Assembly: GCA_020723205.1 (NCBI GenBank)
Contig: DYJF01000002.1
Coordinates: 1-61,724 of the forward strand
Direction: 5' to 3'
DNA from: Bdellovibrio sp.
GTDB taxonomy: Bacteria > UBA10199 > 2-02-FULL-44-16 > DYJF01
DNA: 61,724 nt
Shown here: one piece after another, positions 28,401 through 37,100 of the stretch
How the letters are laid out: each line of letters opens with the position of its first letter
Position numbering within the stretch: the stretch's first letter is position 1
Notes under the pieces: generated by a model
Database searches by the model: none
What the model was told of the DNA's origin: nothing
Seen by the model: the letters and a program-made list of their open reading frames with translations, nothing else
Translations under genes and position numbers: made by a program

Positions 28401-30333
28401 GAAGGACCCGGCGGCCTTCCATGCGCTCAATTTCGCCCAGCGTATCGCCTCGGAGCGGGAGCTATTGAGCGGTTCCCTAAGCGGCACCGATCTTTCAGGA
28501 GAGCTGATACAGGGCATGCCTCCGGCGAAGGTCGTAGTGTTCACATCGGTGGAGATCGCAGAGGCCGCGATGCGGCAGGGGATGCCCGCTACGAAACCGA
28601 CGATAAGCTTCGTACCCGGCACGGACCCGCAGCAGTATCACCAGCGCGACAGCGTCAATCATCCCGACATACAGCTTCTGTTCAACGATCTAAGGGAGAG
28701 GGGCGTTGTTCCCGCTGAAATACTCGATGCGCTCATGCAGAACCCGCAGAACTTCAACGTGATAGTCGAGGCGGGCCGCATGGATATGTCGAAGCGAAAA
28801 CACCTGCTCATCGAGGCGATGGCCTCTCTGCCGCCCAACACCGTCATGTTAATAACCGGCGGGAGGGACAGGGCCGGCATCTATGACGGTCTGAAGGGCA
28901 GGATCGAGCGCTTGGGCCTTGAGAACCGTGTCTTCCTGCTTGGTATGGTCCCAGAAGAAGTAATGGGACCTCTAATGAGCATCCCCCACGGCGAGGCCGA
29001 CGACCAGTTTCGCCTTGCGATGGTTGCGAGCGCGTCCGGGATGGAGGGATGGGGAATGGCGGTGCAGGATGGCACTAGAGGCGGAATGCCGCTGGTGGGC
29101 TCCGACAGGATACCTTATGCGGTGCATCTCTCAAGGGCGGCCAACGCCGCCGTCGTGGTGCCGAGCGGAGGCAGCGAGACGGAGGAGGTGGCGCGTTACG
29201 CGGAGGCGCTAAGGTCCATGATAGACAATCCGCCTGCCGCCCGCGACACGGCCACGAGGTCCTTAAAGATAGCGCAGCAATATGAATGGAAGACCCTGAC
29301 GGAGAACGCGATGGCGCAGCTGACCGGTCTTCTCTTCATGTCGGGGGACGTGTCGCAGACTATGGTGGCGGGGGCGGCGATCGCCGTCGGCGGTTCCAAG
29401 CACGTCGTGATATTTGCCGGCGGTTCCGGCACCAGGTTCAGGCCCTACAGCTCGGACGAGGTGCCCAAGCAGTTCCTGCCCATCACGCATCAGGATAGAA
29501 CGATGCTACAGGTCACGGCCGAGAGATTCAAGGGGTTCGTGCCTGAAGAGAACATATGGATATCGACGAACGCCCGTCATGTCGATCTTGTCGGCGAGCA
29601 GCTTCCGAATGTGCCGAGGAGCAATGTGATCGGCGAACCGGTAGCTCGCAACACTGCGCCCGCAATCGCATCGATAATGTACTGGATCGCAAGACAGGAC
29701 CCGGAGGCGACTGTCCTTTTGGTCCCCGCCGACCACTTCATCGCTTCGACGGAGACGCTCTTGGGGCAGGTCGGCGAGGCGTATGAATACGCCGCCGCAA
29801 CGGGTGCACTGCTCACGTTCGGCATCCCGCCGACATGGGCCTCTCCCGAGTACGGTTACATTGAACGGGGCGGCTCGGATGCGGCCTACACGGACATCTA
29901 TCGCGTCAGACGTTTTGTGGAGAAACCCGACGCCAAAAAAGCGCAGACATATCTCGACGGCGGCAACTTTCTTTGGAACAGCGGCATGTTCGTCTGGAGC
30001 GCCAAGTCGTTCCTTCAGAACCTTGCCCACTATCAGCCGCTCATGTACGCGGGCCTTGAGGCGATCTACGGAAGAAGCTCCGTGGAGGCGTCCCTCACGT
30101 CGGAGATGATGGAAAGGTTCTTCACACCGCTTCATCCGATATCGATCGACTATGCGTTGATGGAGCCGGCGTCGGTCGACAACCGCGTCGTCGTGCTGCC
30201 GTTCAAGAGCGATTGGTCGGACGTCGGGACGTGGCAGAGCTTGGACCGGATGGTCAGGGAGGGCAAGGCCGCGCCGCCCGAGGTGGTCCTCGAGCACATG
30301 AGGGCCAAGCTTGCGGCGGGGGGCGGTCAATAG
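25438..30333 (+). CDS. giant tri-domain fusion: Pro-rich leader + type I phosphomannose isomerase + sucrose-phosphate-synthase-like GT4 glycosyltransferase + mannose-1-phosphate guanylyltransferase
   Basis: PMI (about 25954-27369): TPWGGKRIV, LSVQVHP, SKSEAWIIL, GTMHAIGAG, TYRVYDYGR. GT4 (about 27487-29334): APDTGGQITY, TPHSLG, GMEGWGMAV. NTP-transferase (about 29395-30333): VIFAGGSGTRFRPYS..PKQFL, GEPVARNTAPAI. The open frame begins at ATG 25315. I prefer ATG 25438 because GGAGGG lies 4 nt upstream and it leaves room for the divergent ftcD promoter. Confidence 0.8.
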   Translation: MWSAGQTTLPPTFRPAFLAPPVVLPVRAALAPIMQQRSPHHFPAAPQYHQSSYVGDGEVLGYITGMSAAAQCSGSSGCGGISGADDGASVPPGGSMPPPPRDPKEFLERTSTPEGEIELLKEAMAGKPNGISWTEMIRLGRAGDPSYAELAKRPLVAALGSMVTTVLQPRSDNFTPPERTPWGGKRIVEDVKAGLGFSHQYKIVGESWEISSHESFPNVFALEYAGQALEVTISVLSRIFSEEMYGRSITSAHDEGLPFLVKLVNSGSWLPYKDDLKKMFGWLDGREYAAGWRRSLDVDCSFTEMLSWDHHALHRGIARLKTMMLQRIHSTSERHPQAPIWRQSLNVSSLENLKGRSTDELINALRLLSTMQQAGGLAEEAGETDHLALLHIIHQKMLTKNLSVQVHPPKGYDRLSPGEHSKSEAWIILDSEPGAGIYLGIKEGVTKEQFASALRAGEDVTNLLNFIQVKRGDVFFIPAGTMHAIGAGVLLMEPQETSETTYRVYDYGRLDANKRPRELKIDSAMAVTEWGGKRGEDAVQWFRRTPEVMNAGNAGTARVERVLNETFFETARLTFGRGASHLSDSDGSIKAYTVVEGAVEVYKGDEGSPVGIYQKGQSFIIPVAMGPYRMTGVTDGATVYETTVFSLDGAGRAKPTSSISEIIAKQAPEMQSRNAQFVARPSRGHILMINPQGYAGPKVPMSAPDTGGQITYLHSKARMLAKMGYKVSIVTRSFKPDEQYASYGDRMGVDFLSGTGDMVRYVFVPGLQVENAPFYRKEERHFYSDLPSMARNLALFVDDEARTQKVNPWDYFLYVDTHYVDGGKVGQRLVRIWDHMFVNKYFKERFKAVLGMRSEQDPFADDNIMGNLPYYFGKRVMAAWYDEMGSQPSYGSALNMQDVLRWAATKLEWPPDRVARLLSNSTGAAIGNGRHMLPAKFDAYTIGFRLLETAGELGRLFRYIKNLNRHVWTPHSLGQLKEDRMIADNLILKDPAAFHALNFAQRIASERELLSGSLSGTDLSGELIQGMPPAKVVVFTSVEIAEAAMRQGMPATKPTISFVPGTDPQQYHQRDSVNHPDIQLLFNDLRERGVVPAEILDALMQNPQNFNVIVEAGRMDMSKRKHLLIEAMASLPPNTVMLITGGRDRAGIYDGLKGRIERLGLENRVFLLGMVPEEVMGPLMSIPHGEADDQFRLAMVASASGMEGWGMAVQDGTRGGMPLVGSDRIPYAVHLSRAANAAVVVPSGGSETEEVARYAEALRSMIDNPPAARDTATRSLKIAQQYEWKTLTENAMAQLTGLLFMSGDVSQTMVAGAAIAVGGSKHVVIFAGGSGTRFRPYSSDEVPKQFLPITHQDRTMLQVTAERFKGFVPEENIWISTNARHVDLVGEQLPNVPRSNVIGEPVARNTAPAIASIMYWIARQDPEATVLLVPADHFIASTETLLGQVGEAYEYAAATGALLTFGIPPTWASPEYGYIERGGSDAAYTDIYRVRRFVEKPDAKKAQTYLDGGNFLWNSGMFVWSAKSFLQNLAHYQPLMYAGLEAIYGRSSVEASLTSEMMERFFTPLHPISIDYALMEPASVDNRVVVLPFKSDWSDVGTWQSLDRMVREGKAAPPEVVLEHMRAKLAAGGGQ

Positions 30334-30339
30334 GGCCGC

Positions 30340-31686
30340 TTATTTCGAGTTGTGATATTTCTCGAGCTGCGGAGCCCTTTTCTTCCACATCAGCGCGAAG
30401 AGCGCCGTTCCGATACCGGCCGCGATCGTGAAGAACAGAAAGCCGCCGTTCCAACCCCATCTGTCAACTATGAGGCCGGTGCCGAGCCCCGAAAGGGCGC
30501 TCCCAACATAACCGAACATTCCGGTGATGCCGGTCGCCGTAGATGCGGCCTTCTTTGAAGCGAAATCGGCTGCTGCAACCGGCACAAGGAGCTGCGGGCC
30601 GTAGACCAGAATGCCGGCGCAGATAAGTATGCAGGCGTCGAGGTACGGATTATTGTTCGGGGCCATCCACAGCATGATCACGGCTATCATGAGGAGGAAC
30701 ATGCTGACGGCAGCCATCGGTCCGCGTCTGCCTTTAAAGACCTTGTCGGATATCCAGCCGGCCCCGATCGCCCCTATCATCCCCGCAAGTTCGAACCCCG
30801 CGGTCTTGAAGCCGGCGCTTGCGATGGATGAACCCCTGGTCTCCACGAGGAAGGTCGGCGCCCAGTCCCTGATGCCTATCCTCACGACGTAGACGAATAC
30901 GTTCGCGAACGCCACGAGCCATACGAACTTGTTCTTGAGGATGTACTTGAGAAAGATCTCTTTGAAGGAATTCGCCTGATCCTCGTTTGGATCGGTTATG
31001 TGCGTTTCGCCCCTGTGTTCCTCGATGGGAGGAAGGCCTATGGATTGCGGCGTGTCGCGGAGGCGGTTGACTAGGAAGAAGGAGCAGGCGATCGCTATGA
31101 ACGCGGGGATGTAGAAGGCGCCGCGCCAGCCGAAATGCGGTATGAGAACCGAACCGGCGAGTATCATGATGCCCGCGGAGCCGATCTGGTGCGCCGTGCT
31201 CTGAAGCCCCCATTTGGTGCCGAGCTCCGTCGGGCTGTACCAGTGTGTCAAGAGACGCACGCTGGCGGGCATCCCGTATGACTGGAACCACGCGTTCAAG
31301 AGCCATAGTATCGCGAAGGTCGTCACACCGGAGCTCAATCCGAAGAAGAAGTTGACCACGCCGGCGCAAAAAAGACCTATAGCCATCAGATATCTTGAAT
31401 TGGCCCTGTCGGCGAGCACGCCGTTCGCGAACTTTCCAAAACCGTAAACGACCGAAAAGAGGGTCAAGACAAGACCTAAGTCGGTCTTTGTATATCCCAT
31501 GTCCTTGAGAAGGGCAGGCATTGCGATCGAGAAGTTGGCGCGCACAAAATAATATACCGCGTAGCCGATGATCATCGAATAGAGGACGCGCACCCTGTAA
31601 TGTTTATAGAGCCGCTGGACCTCTGCCGCGTCGGTTATTGGCTTTGCGTGAGGCGCGACCTTCAGGAACGAGAACGGGTTTTTCAT
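30340..31686 (-). CDS. MFS transporter, organophosphate:Pi antiporter (UhpC/GlpT/UhpT) family, copy 1
   Basis: YRVRVLYSMIIGYAVYYFVRANFSIAMPALL..GYTKTDLGLVLTLFSVVYGFGKFANGVLADR matches the OPA family. It has 12-TM-type hydrophobicity. I chose the start at MKNPF, which has a GGGGG RBS. Confidence 0.85.
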   Translation of the reverse strand: MKNPFSFLKVAPHAKPITDAAEVQRLYKHYRVRVLYSMIIGYAVYYFVRANFSIAMPALLKDMGYTKTDLGLVLTLFSVVYGFGKFANGVLADRANSRYLMAIGLFCAGVVNFFFGLSSGVTTFAILWLLNAWFQSYGMPASVRLLTHWYSPTELGTKWGLQSTAHQIGSAGIMILAGSVLIPHFGWRGAFYIPAFIAIACSFFLVNRLRDTPQSIGLPPIEEHRGETHITDPNEDQANSFKEIFLKYILKNKFVWLVAFANVFVYVVRIGIRDWAPTFLVETRGSSIASAGFKTAGFELAGMIGAIGAGWISDKVFKGRRGPMAAVSMFLLMIAVIMLWMAPNNNPYLDACILICAGILVYGPQLLVPVAAADFASKKAASTATGITGMFGYVGSALSGLGTGLIVDRWGWNGGFLFFTIAAGIGTALFALMWKKRAPQLEKYHNSK

Positions 31687-31820
31687 GTTAAACCCCCTTG
31701 AGAAGTGAATTGGTCGTATCCTATCCCTTACCCCGCTTATAAAATCAAGGCACAAAGACGCGGCGGCGCTAAAAAATCCCTTGAAAGTGCGCCTGTTATG
31801 GGCTAGAGGGTTTGGCCATT

Positions 31821-32735
31821 ATGCATACAAAGAACAGCATCTACGCAGTGATCCTCGCGGGCGGCGAAGGGACGCGCTTTGTCCCCTACAGCACCCCCGA
31901 AAGGCCCAAGCAGTTCCTCCACATCACGCACGGCGACCGGACGATGATACAAAAGACCTTCGACCGCATCGCGGCGCTCGTGGGCCCGGAGCGGATATAC
32001 GTCTCTACGAACGACCGCTACTGCGGGCTCGTTCAGGAACAGTTGCCGGATATCCCTCAAGAGAACATAATAGGCGAGCCGCTGAAGAAGAACACGGCGC
32101 CCGCCATCGCGCTTGTATCCTGCCTCATTCACAGAAAGAACCCCGACGCTGTAACTCTTTTCGTACCGGCCGATCACTACGTTTCCGATACCGAAGGCGC
32201 GGTCTCTTCCTATCTCAAGGCGACCGACCTCGCGGCAAAGGAGGACACGCTCGTGACGTTCGGGATCATGCCCACCTTCCCTTCGCCCGATTACGGCTAT
32301 ATAAGGAAGGGCGGCGCGTTCTTGAGCGGCGCGAACAAAGTGGAGAAGTTCGTTGAAAAACCCTCCGTCGAAAAGGCCAAAGGTTATTTGAAGGACGGCG
32401 GCTACTACTGGAACAGCGGAATGTTCGCGTGGCGCACGAAAACGCTCATTGATGCGCTGGAAAGACACATGCCGAAGCTCGCGTCCGATCTCAAAACGTT
32501 AAGGACGGACCGGAACGGCGCGCCCGACCGCGAATGGATGGGCGAATTCTTCACCAACGTTGAAAGCATATCCATAGATTACGGCGTGATGGAAAAGGCG
32601 TCGAACGTCGTCGTCTTCCCGTTCGGCTCGCCATGGTCCGACGTCGGCACATGGCAGGGGCTTGAAGATTTGGCAAAGAGGTTCGATCTTGAGCTGCCGA
32701 CGGTCGTGACAGGGTATCTCAAGAACCGCAACTGA
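31821..32735 (+). CDS. mannose-1-phosphate guanylyltransferase (stand-alone, no cupin domain)
   Basis: YAVILAGGEGTRFVPYSTPERPKQFLHI...GEPLKKNTAPAIAL...FGIMPTFPSPDYGYI matches GMP. It is a paralog of the C-terminal domain of the 25438 fusion. Confidence 0.85.
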   Translation: MHTKNSIYAVILAGGEGTRFVPYSTPERPKQFLHITHGDRTMIQKTFDRIAALVGPERIYVSTNDRYCGLVQEQLPDIPQENIIGEPLKKNTAPAIALVSCLIHRKNPDAVTLFVPADHYVSDTEGAVSSYLKATDLAAKEDTLVTFGIMPTFPSPDYGYIRKGGAFLSGANKVEKFVEKPSVEKAKGYLKDGGYYWNSGMFAWRTKTLIDALERHMPKLASDLKTLRTDRNGAPDREWMGEFFTNVESISIDYGVMEKASNVVVFPFGSPWSDVGTWQGLEDLAKRFDLELPTVVTGYLKNRN

Positions 32736-34110
32736 CGTTCATCCGGCCGAGAAGCGTTTTCGTCATGTGTTCCCACGTGAAGTAGGGGATGGTTATCTCG
32801 TAGGCCGCTTCGGCCATTTTTTCCCGTTTATCATTGTCCCTAAGGAGCGTTTTCAGCGCATGGGCGAAACCTTCCGTCCTGCCCGCCGGTATCACCGCGC
32901 CGCCTTTGCCCCATTTGATGGCGATCGAACCGTCTTTAGCACAAAGGTGTTCGACCGCGTGCTCCTTCGCCAGATATTCGGTGGCGAATGGAATGAGGTT
33001 AGATGATATGGTGGCGCGCTTGCAGGCCGCCGCTTCCTGAACCGACATGCCGAATCCCTCCATCTCGGAGGGGGAGAGGTAGACGGTCGCGGAGGCGAAG
33101 AGCTCCGCCATGAGATCCTCCGGCACCATGCCTACATAGACGACGCTGTCTCTTATTGCGAGCGATTCGACAAGAGACGATATTTCGCCGTAGATCTCCT
33201 TGGCCTGCGGGTTGATGCGCAGAAGGAGCATGGTATCCGGATGGTCCTTGAGCGCCTCCGCGAACGCATTTACGACGATGTCCTTGCGCTTCGTGCGGTC
33301 GGTCCGGCTCATCTCGAGCACTATGGTCTTTCCCTTCACGTGCGGACCCGTGAGCGGGTCGGTCGCTGCGAGGAAGTTGCGTACGTTAGATAGGTCCTTT
33401 TCCTTGCCGACGGGATAGGTGATCCGCGTGTCGATACACGGGGGAAGGAAGAGCTCCGGTTCGCGGTCGTAGCAGTCCTTCGAGACGCGTGATATGTCGC
33501 TTGAGGTGGATGCAACGGCGTCTATATTAGGAAGGATCTCTTTTTCATATGCGATACGTTCTTCAAAACGAAGAGGCGCGACGACCTCCTTTGGTTTTCC
33601 AACGTAATTCTCCTGCTTGAGCGCTCCCAAGGAGTGCGGGACCCAGACGTGCTTTGCCTTGAGCCCCATGCGTTCCCGGACAATGTTCGCCAGAAGGGCG
33701 GCATCCCAGTAGTGCGAGATGATGAGATCGACCGGTATCTTTTCCGCCTTGAGGAGGTTGCACGCGAATCGGGCCTCCTCTTCGAGGACCGCGCGCGTCA
33801 GGTCCTCCTTCCTGATGAACTTGTTCCCGCCTCCTTCGAGATATACGATGCGCGAGCAGGCGTCCTTGTATCTCGCGCCCGTCTGCATATCTCCCGTGAC
33901 CGGATCGGCGAATCCGCCCCTGTTCCACGTCGTGACGCGAAAACCCAGCTTTACCAGCGTGTCGGAAAGGGAGCGGACGTACTGGTTCTGTCCGCCGGTG
34001 TCCGTGAGCCCCGCGCGAACCTCCCACGTGTGGACGCCGTGATTCGTTAACATGAGTATGTGCGGGCGTTTCGAACCTAAGAATTCAGCGCGCAGATCTT
34101 TGTCGTTCAT
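32719..34110 (-). CDS. sucrose-phosphate-synthase / mannosylfructose-phosphate-synthase-like GT4 glycosyltransferase
   Basis: HILMLTNHGVHTWEVRAGLTDTGGQNQYV, VPHSLGALK and SEMEGFGMSVQEAAA match SPS-like GT4. The acceptor and donor are not determinable from sequence. Confidence 0.8.
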   Translation of the reverse strand: MNDKDLRAEFLGSKRPHILMLTNHGVHTWEVRAGLTDTGGQNQYVRSLSDTLVKLGFRVTTWNRGGFADPVTGDMQTGARYKDACSRIVYLEGGGNKFIRKEDLTRAVLEEEARFACNLLKAEKIPVDLIISHYWDAALLANIVRERMGLKAKHVWVPHSLGALKQENYVGKPKEVVAPLRFEERIAYEKEILPNIDAVASTSSDISRVSKDCYDREPELFLPPCIDTRITYPVGKEKDLSNVRNFLAATDPLTGPHVKGKTIVLEMSRTDRTKRKDIVVNAFAEALKDHPDTMLLLRINPQAKEIYGEISSLVESLAIRDSVVYVGMVPEDLMAELFASATVYLSPSEMEGFGMSVQEAAACKRATISSNLIPFATEYLAKEHAVEHLCAKDGSIAIKWGKGGAVIPAGRTEGFAHALKTLLRDNDKREKMAEAAYEITIPYFTWEHMTKTLLGRMNVSCGS

Positions 34111-34124
34111 CTTCTATTCTCCTG

Positions 34125-37100
34125 TCACCTTTGCGATCCGGCGGCAGCGTCGGCCACCGAGGTTCCGCTCTGTGCCGCGGGGGCGTGCGGCGGGAAGTTG
34201 AAGAGCCCCTCGAATATCTTCATAAAATCGGGATGGTTCTCGTGTCCCACTACGCGTTCGTTGAACTCTTCGGGCGGCGTCGCAAGCTGTTTCATTAGTT
34301 GAACTTTATTCTTTCTTCGCGACCTGTCCGCGGGCGGCGTTAAAAGCTCGATGTCCGTTCCAAGAAGGTCCAGCGTCCACGGATTGCGGTCAAAAAACTC
34401 CCTTATAAGTTCGCCCGTTTCAGTATTGTTCCGCGCCAGCGCCAGCGTCATGAGGAGCGGCTGCAGTGCTTTGTACGCGTTGACGTCCGCGGCGTAATGG
34501 AGGATCATCTCGAGAAGGACCTCCAGTTGAGCCTTGTCTATGCGTTCGTCGTATCTCCCCTCCATCATCTGTTGAAGGTTCGCGTACATATCCGTGTTCG
34601 TCGATGAGGGATAATCACCGGGTTTTACGACCTGCTTTACAGCCCATAGCGGCAGGAATCTGTCGCGCAGGCGGTTGTGCGGGAGCAATAGATGCATAGG
34701 ATGCATGCGCTGTCCGCTCATCGCGAACGTCGTGAAGACGGTCCTGAAATGTTCGGCCTTCTCTTTCATTAGCTTCGCGATCGATGCATCGGCTGCCTCG
34801 GCGCTTATCAGGCCGCTCGACAGTTGCTGCTTGACGTCCGCTATCTCCGCGTTCGTTTCCCTGACCTTGCCGGCCGCCTTTTCAAGCATCTCTCTGATCG
34901 AGGCGCGTTCCCACTTCGTCCCGCTGGGTTCGGGCCATGTCAAGGTAGAAACGGCGTTGCCGGAGACCATATTCGGGAGCGACATCGCGGCTTGCGACAG
35001 CCATTCGGTGTCGACTCCCATGCGCGCCCTTGCCGCAGATCCTATGACGTCGTAGATCGGGATTCGGCCCGTCCTGTTCCTTGCGTATGGCATCGTGAAC
35101 GCATAGAGGCCTCCAACGACGGTTTCCATGACCCTTCTGTCGATGCGCTGCCCCACGGAATCCTGCCATGCTTCCGAGGCCAAGGTCCTTATCGGTATCT
35201 TGCCTTTAAGGAGACCGGAAAGACCCAGTGTGAAGGGAAGGTTGCCTATGGCCGTAGCCACTCCTACCAAACATGCGTCGGCGATGGTTACGATCTCCTC
35301 TCGTTTGGGCTGCATCTCGGCGCTGATGGGAGAGGTGAGGCCGTTCACCATGGCAATGGCCATGGCCATGCTCTTGTTCGAAAGAGACAGGGCCCTAATG
35401 AAATTCCACACGGTTTGTTTCTTGGTCTTTCCCTTTTCCCAGCGGACCATCTTGGTGATGAGCATCATGAAGATGGCCTCGGTGGAGACGATGGATGCGC
35501 GCAGGAAACCGTAGAGCCATTCCAATTGCGTCGGGTCGGGAGCGGAGAGCGGAACGCCCTTTTTATACCAAAGGCGCAGGTCAGCGGATAAGCCGATGGC
35601 AGCCGGCAGGAACATCCACGAAACCTTATCGAGATGCCATCTTGTTTCGGGGATCAACATGTGGGCTAGGAACATCGCTCCTGCCGCCCGTGAGTAGGTA
35701 AAGTAGAGACCGTTCAGGACCTCGATGGGGGTGCTGTTGAAAAGCTGCATACCGATATCGGCGCCAAGCATAGCGAGTCCCGGCGCTGCATATGGCAGGA
35801 CCTTGTCAGTTTCTTTTATCCATCCCTCGAGGACGGCGGCCATCAGCGGATTGTCTTCGCGGAGCTTCGGTGTCAGCATGGTCCTTGCGTAGAGGTTCGC
35901 TGCGGCAACGCCGCCAGAGCCATATGTGTATCCGTGATAAAGGAAGTTGGCTATGGCCGTCGGATCGTAAGCGGGGTTCGCGGGGTCGGCCAGAGGCCCG
36001 TATGTGCCGGGGTTCGTCACAGTGGAGACCGCGTCCGATATCCAGCCGCCGTATATGCCGTATCCACGCTGAACTGTTTCGATACCCTTAACAATGGAGT
36101 CGTGGCCCTGTTCCAGAAAATATGCCGGCGCTATCCATGCGGCGGCGTCGAGCCCCGTCTTCATTGCAAGACGGCCTATGTCCTTCACTGCCTGCGCGTT
36201 CGAGCGTTCCGGCTCGAGGCCGTAGACATAAGCGTCATGCGCCTCTTCTGTAGTAAGGCCGTTGTAGAGACGGTATCCCAACGACATGAGAAGGGCGCCT
36301 GCGAGCGGCAGCATGAAACCGTGGTCGCCGCCGGAGAGGACGTTCAACGCCTCGCCGCCAAATAGCCCCAAGCCGCCGACGAGCATCGATTGAAAGACGC
36401 CGGGGGAGTGCGCGTTGGCTATTCCCTCCTTCAGGGCGCGGATGACGGCGCGCTGCCTCATCTCCCGCTGAATGTCCTGCACCTGCATTATCTTGCCATT
36501 GTGGTCGACGAAGCGGGAGATCAACTCGTTTTCTATGATGGAGGTGGCCGCATCTGAATCCTTAAGATAGTGATTGGTCGTCAGCCATTCGGCCCTCTTG
36601 CGCGCATCGTGCCACATGCCGAGGCGGGCCATGAGAATGATGATGTTGGCCGCATATTGAGCCACGATGTCGTTCTTTTTCGGGTCGTCAAGTTTTGCGA
36701 GGATCTTGCTTGGGTACGTCAGTTCGTTGAAGGACTCTCTGATGGCGGCGGTGAGGCGGCGGCGCTCGGCGCGGTTGCGGCGCGTGACGGCGAGGGTGAG
36801 CTGATGCGCCATGATCTCAACGCTCAAGAGGTGCGTGTAATACTGCGCCTCGAGCCGTGTATTTTCGTCCTCGATACTATTATCTATCCACGCCTGTGTC
36901 TTTTTTACCATGTCGAGCGCGAAACCATAGCGATGTATGGTGGGGGTCTTCGCCTCGGTCGTCTGCTCCATCACCTTGTAGGCGCGGAGCAGCTCAAGCT
37001 TCACGTAATTCAATGCTTCGGCGTTCGATGCGGTGTTCGCGTGAAGATGGCCGTGTATCCATTTGAGGCCGGAGGCGATGGTCGAAGTTCCCGACAAGCC

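Noticed and set aside
25315-30333. The possibility that the 1672-codon ORF is an assembly chimera of three separate genes
   Set aside because: The frame is continuous, the inter-domain linkers have no remnants of stop/start/RBS signals, and the stand-alone paralogs nearby differ substantially in sequence. This cannot be fully excluded without reads, so a read-mapping check is listed under the corresponding finding.
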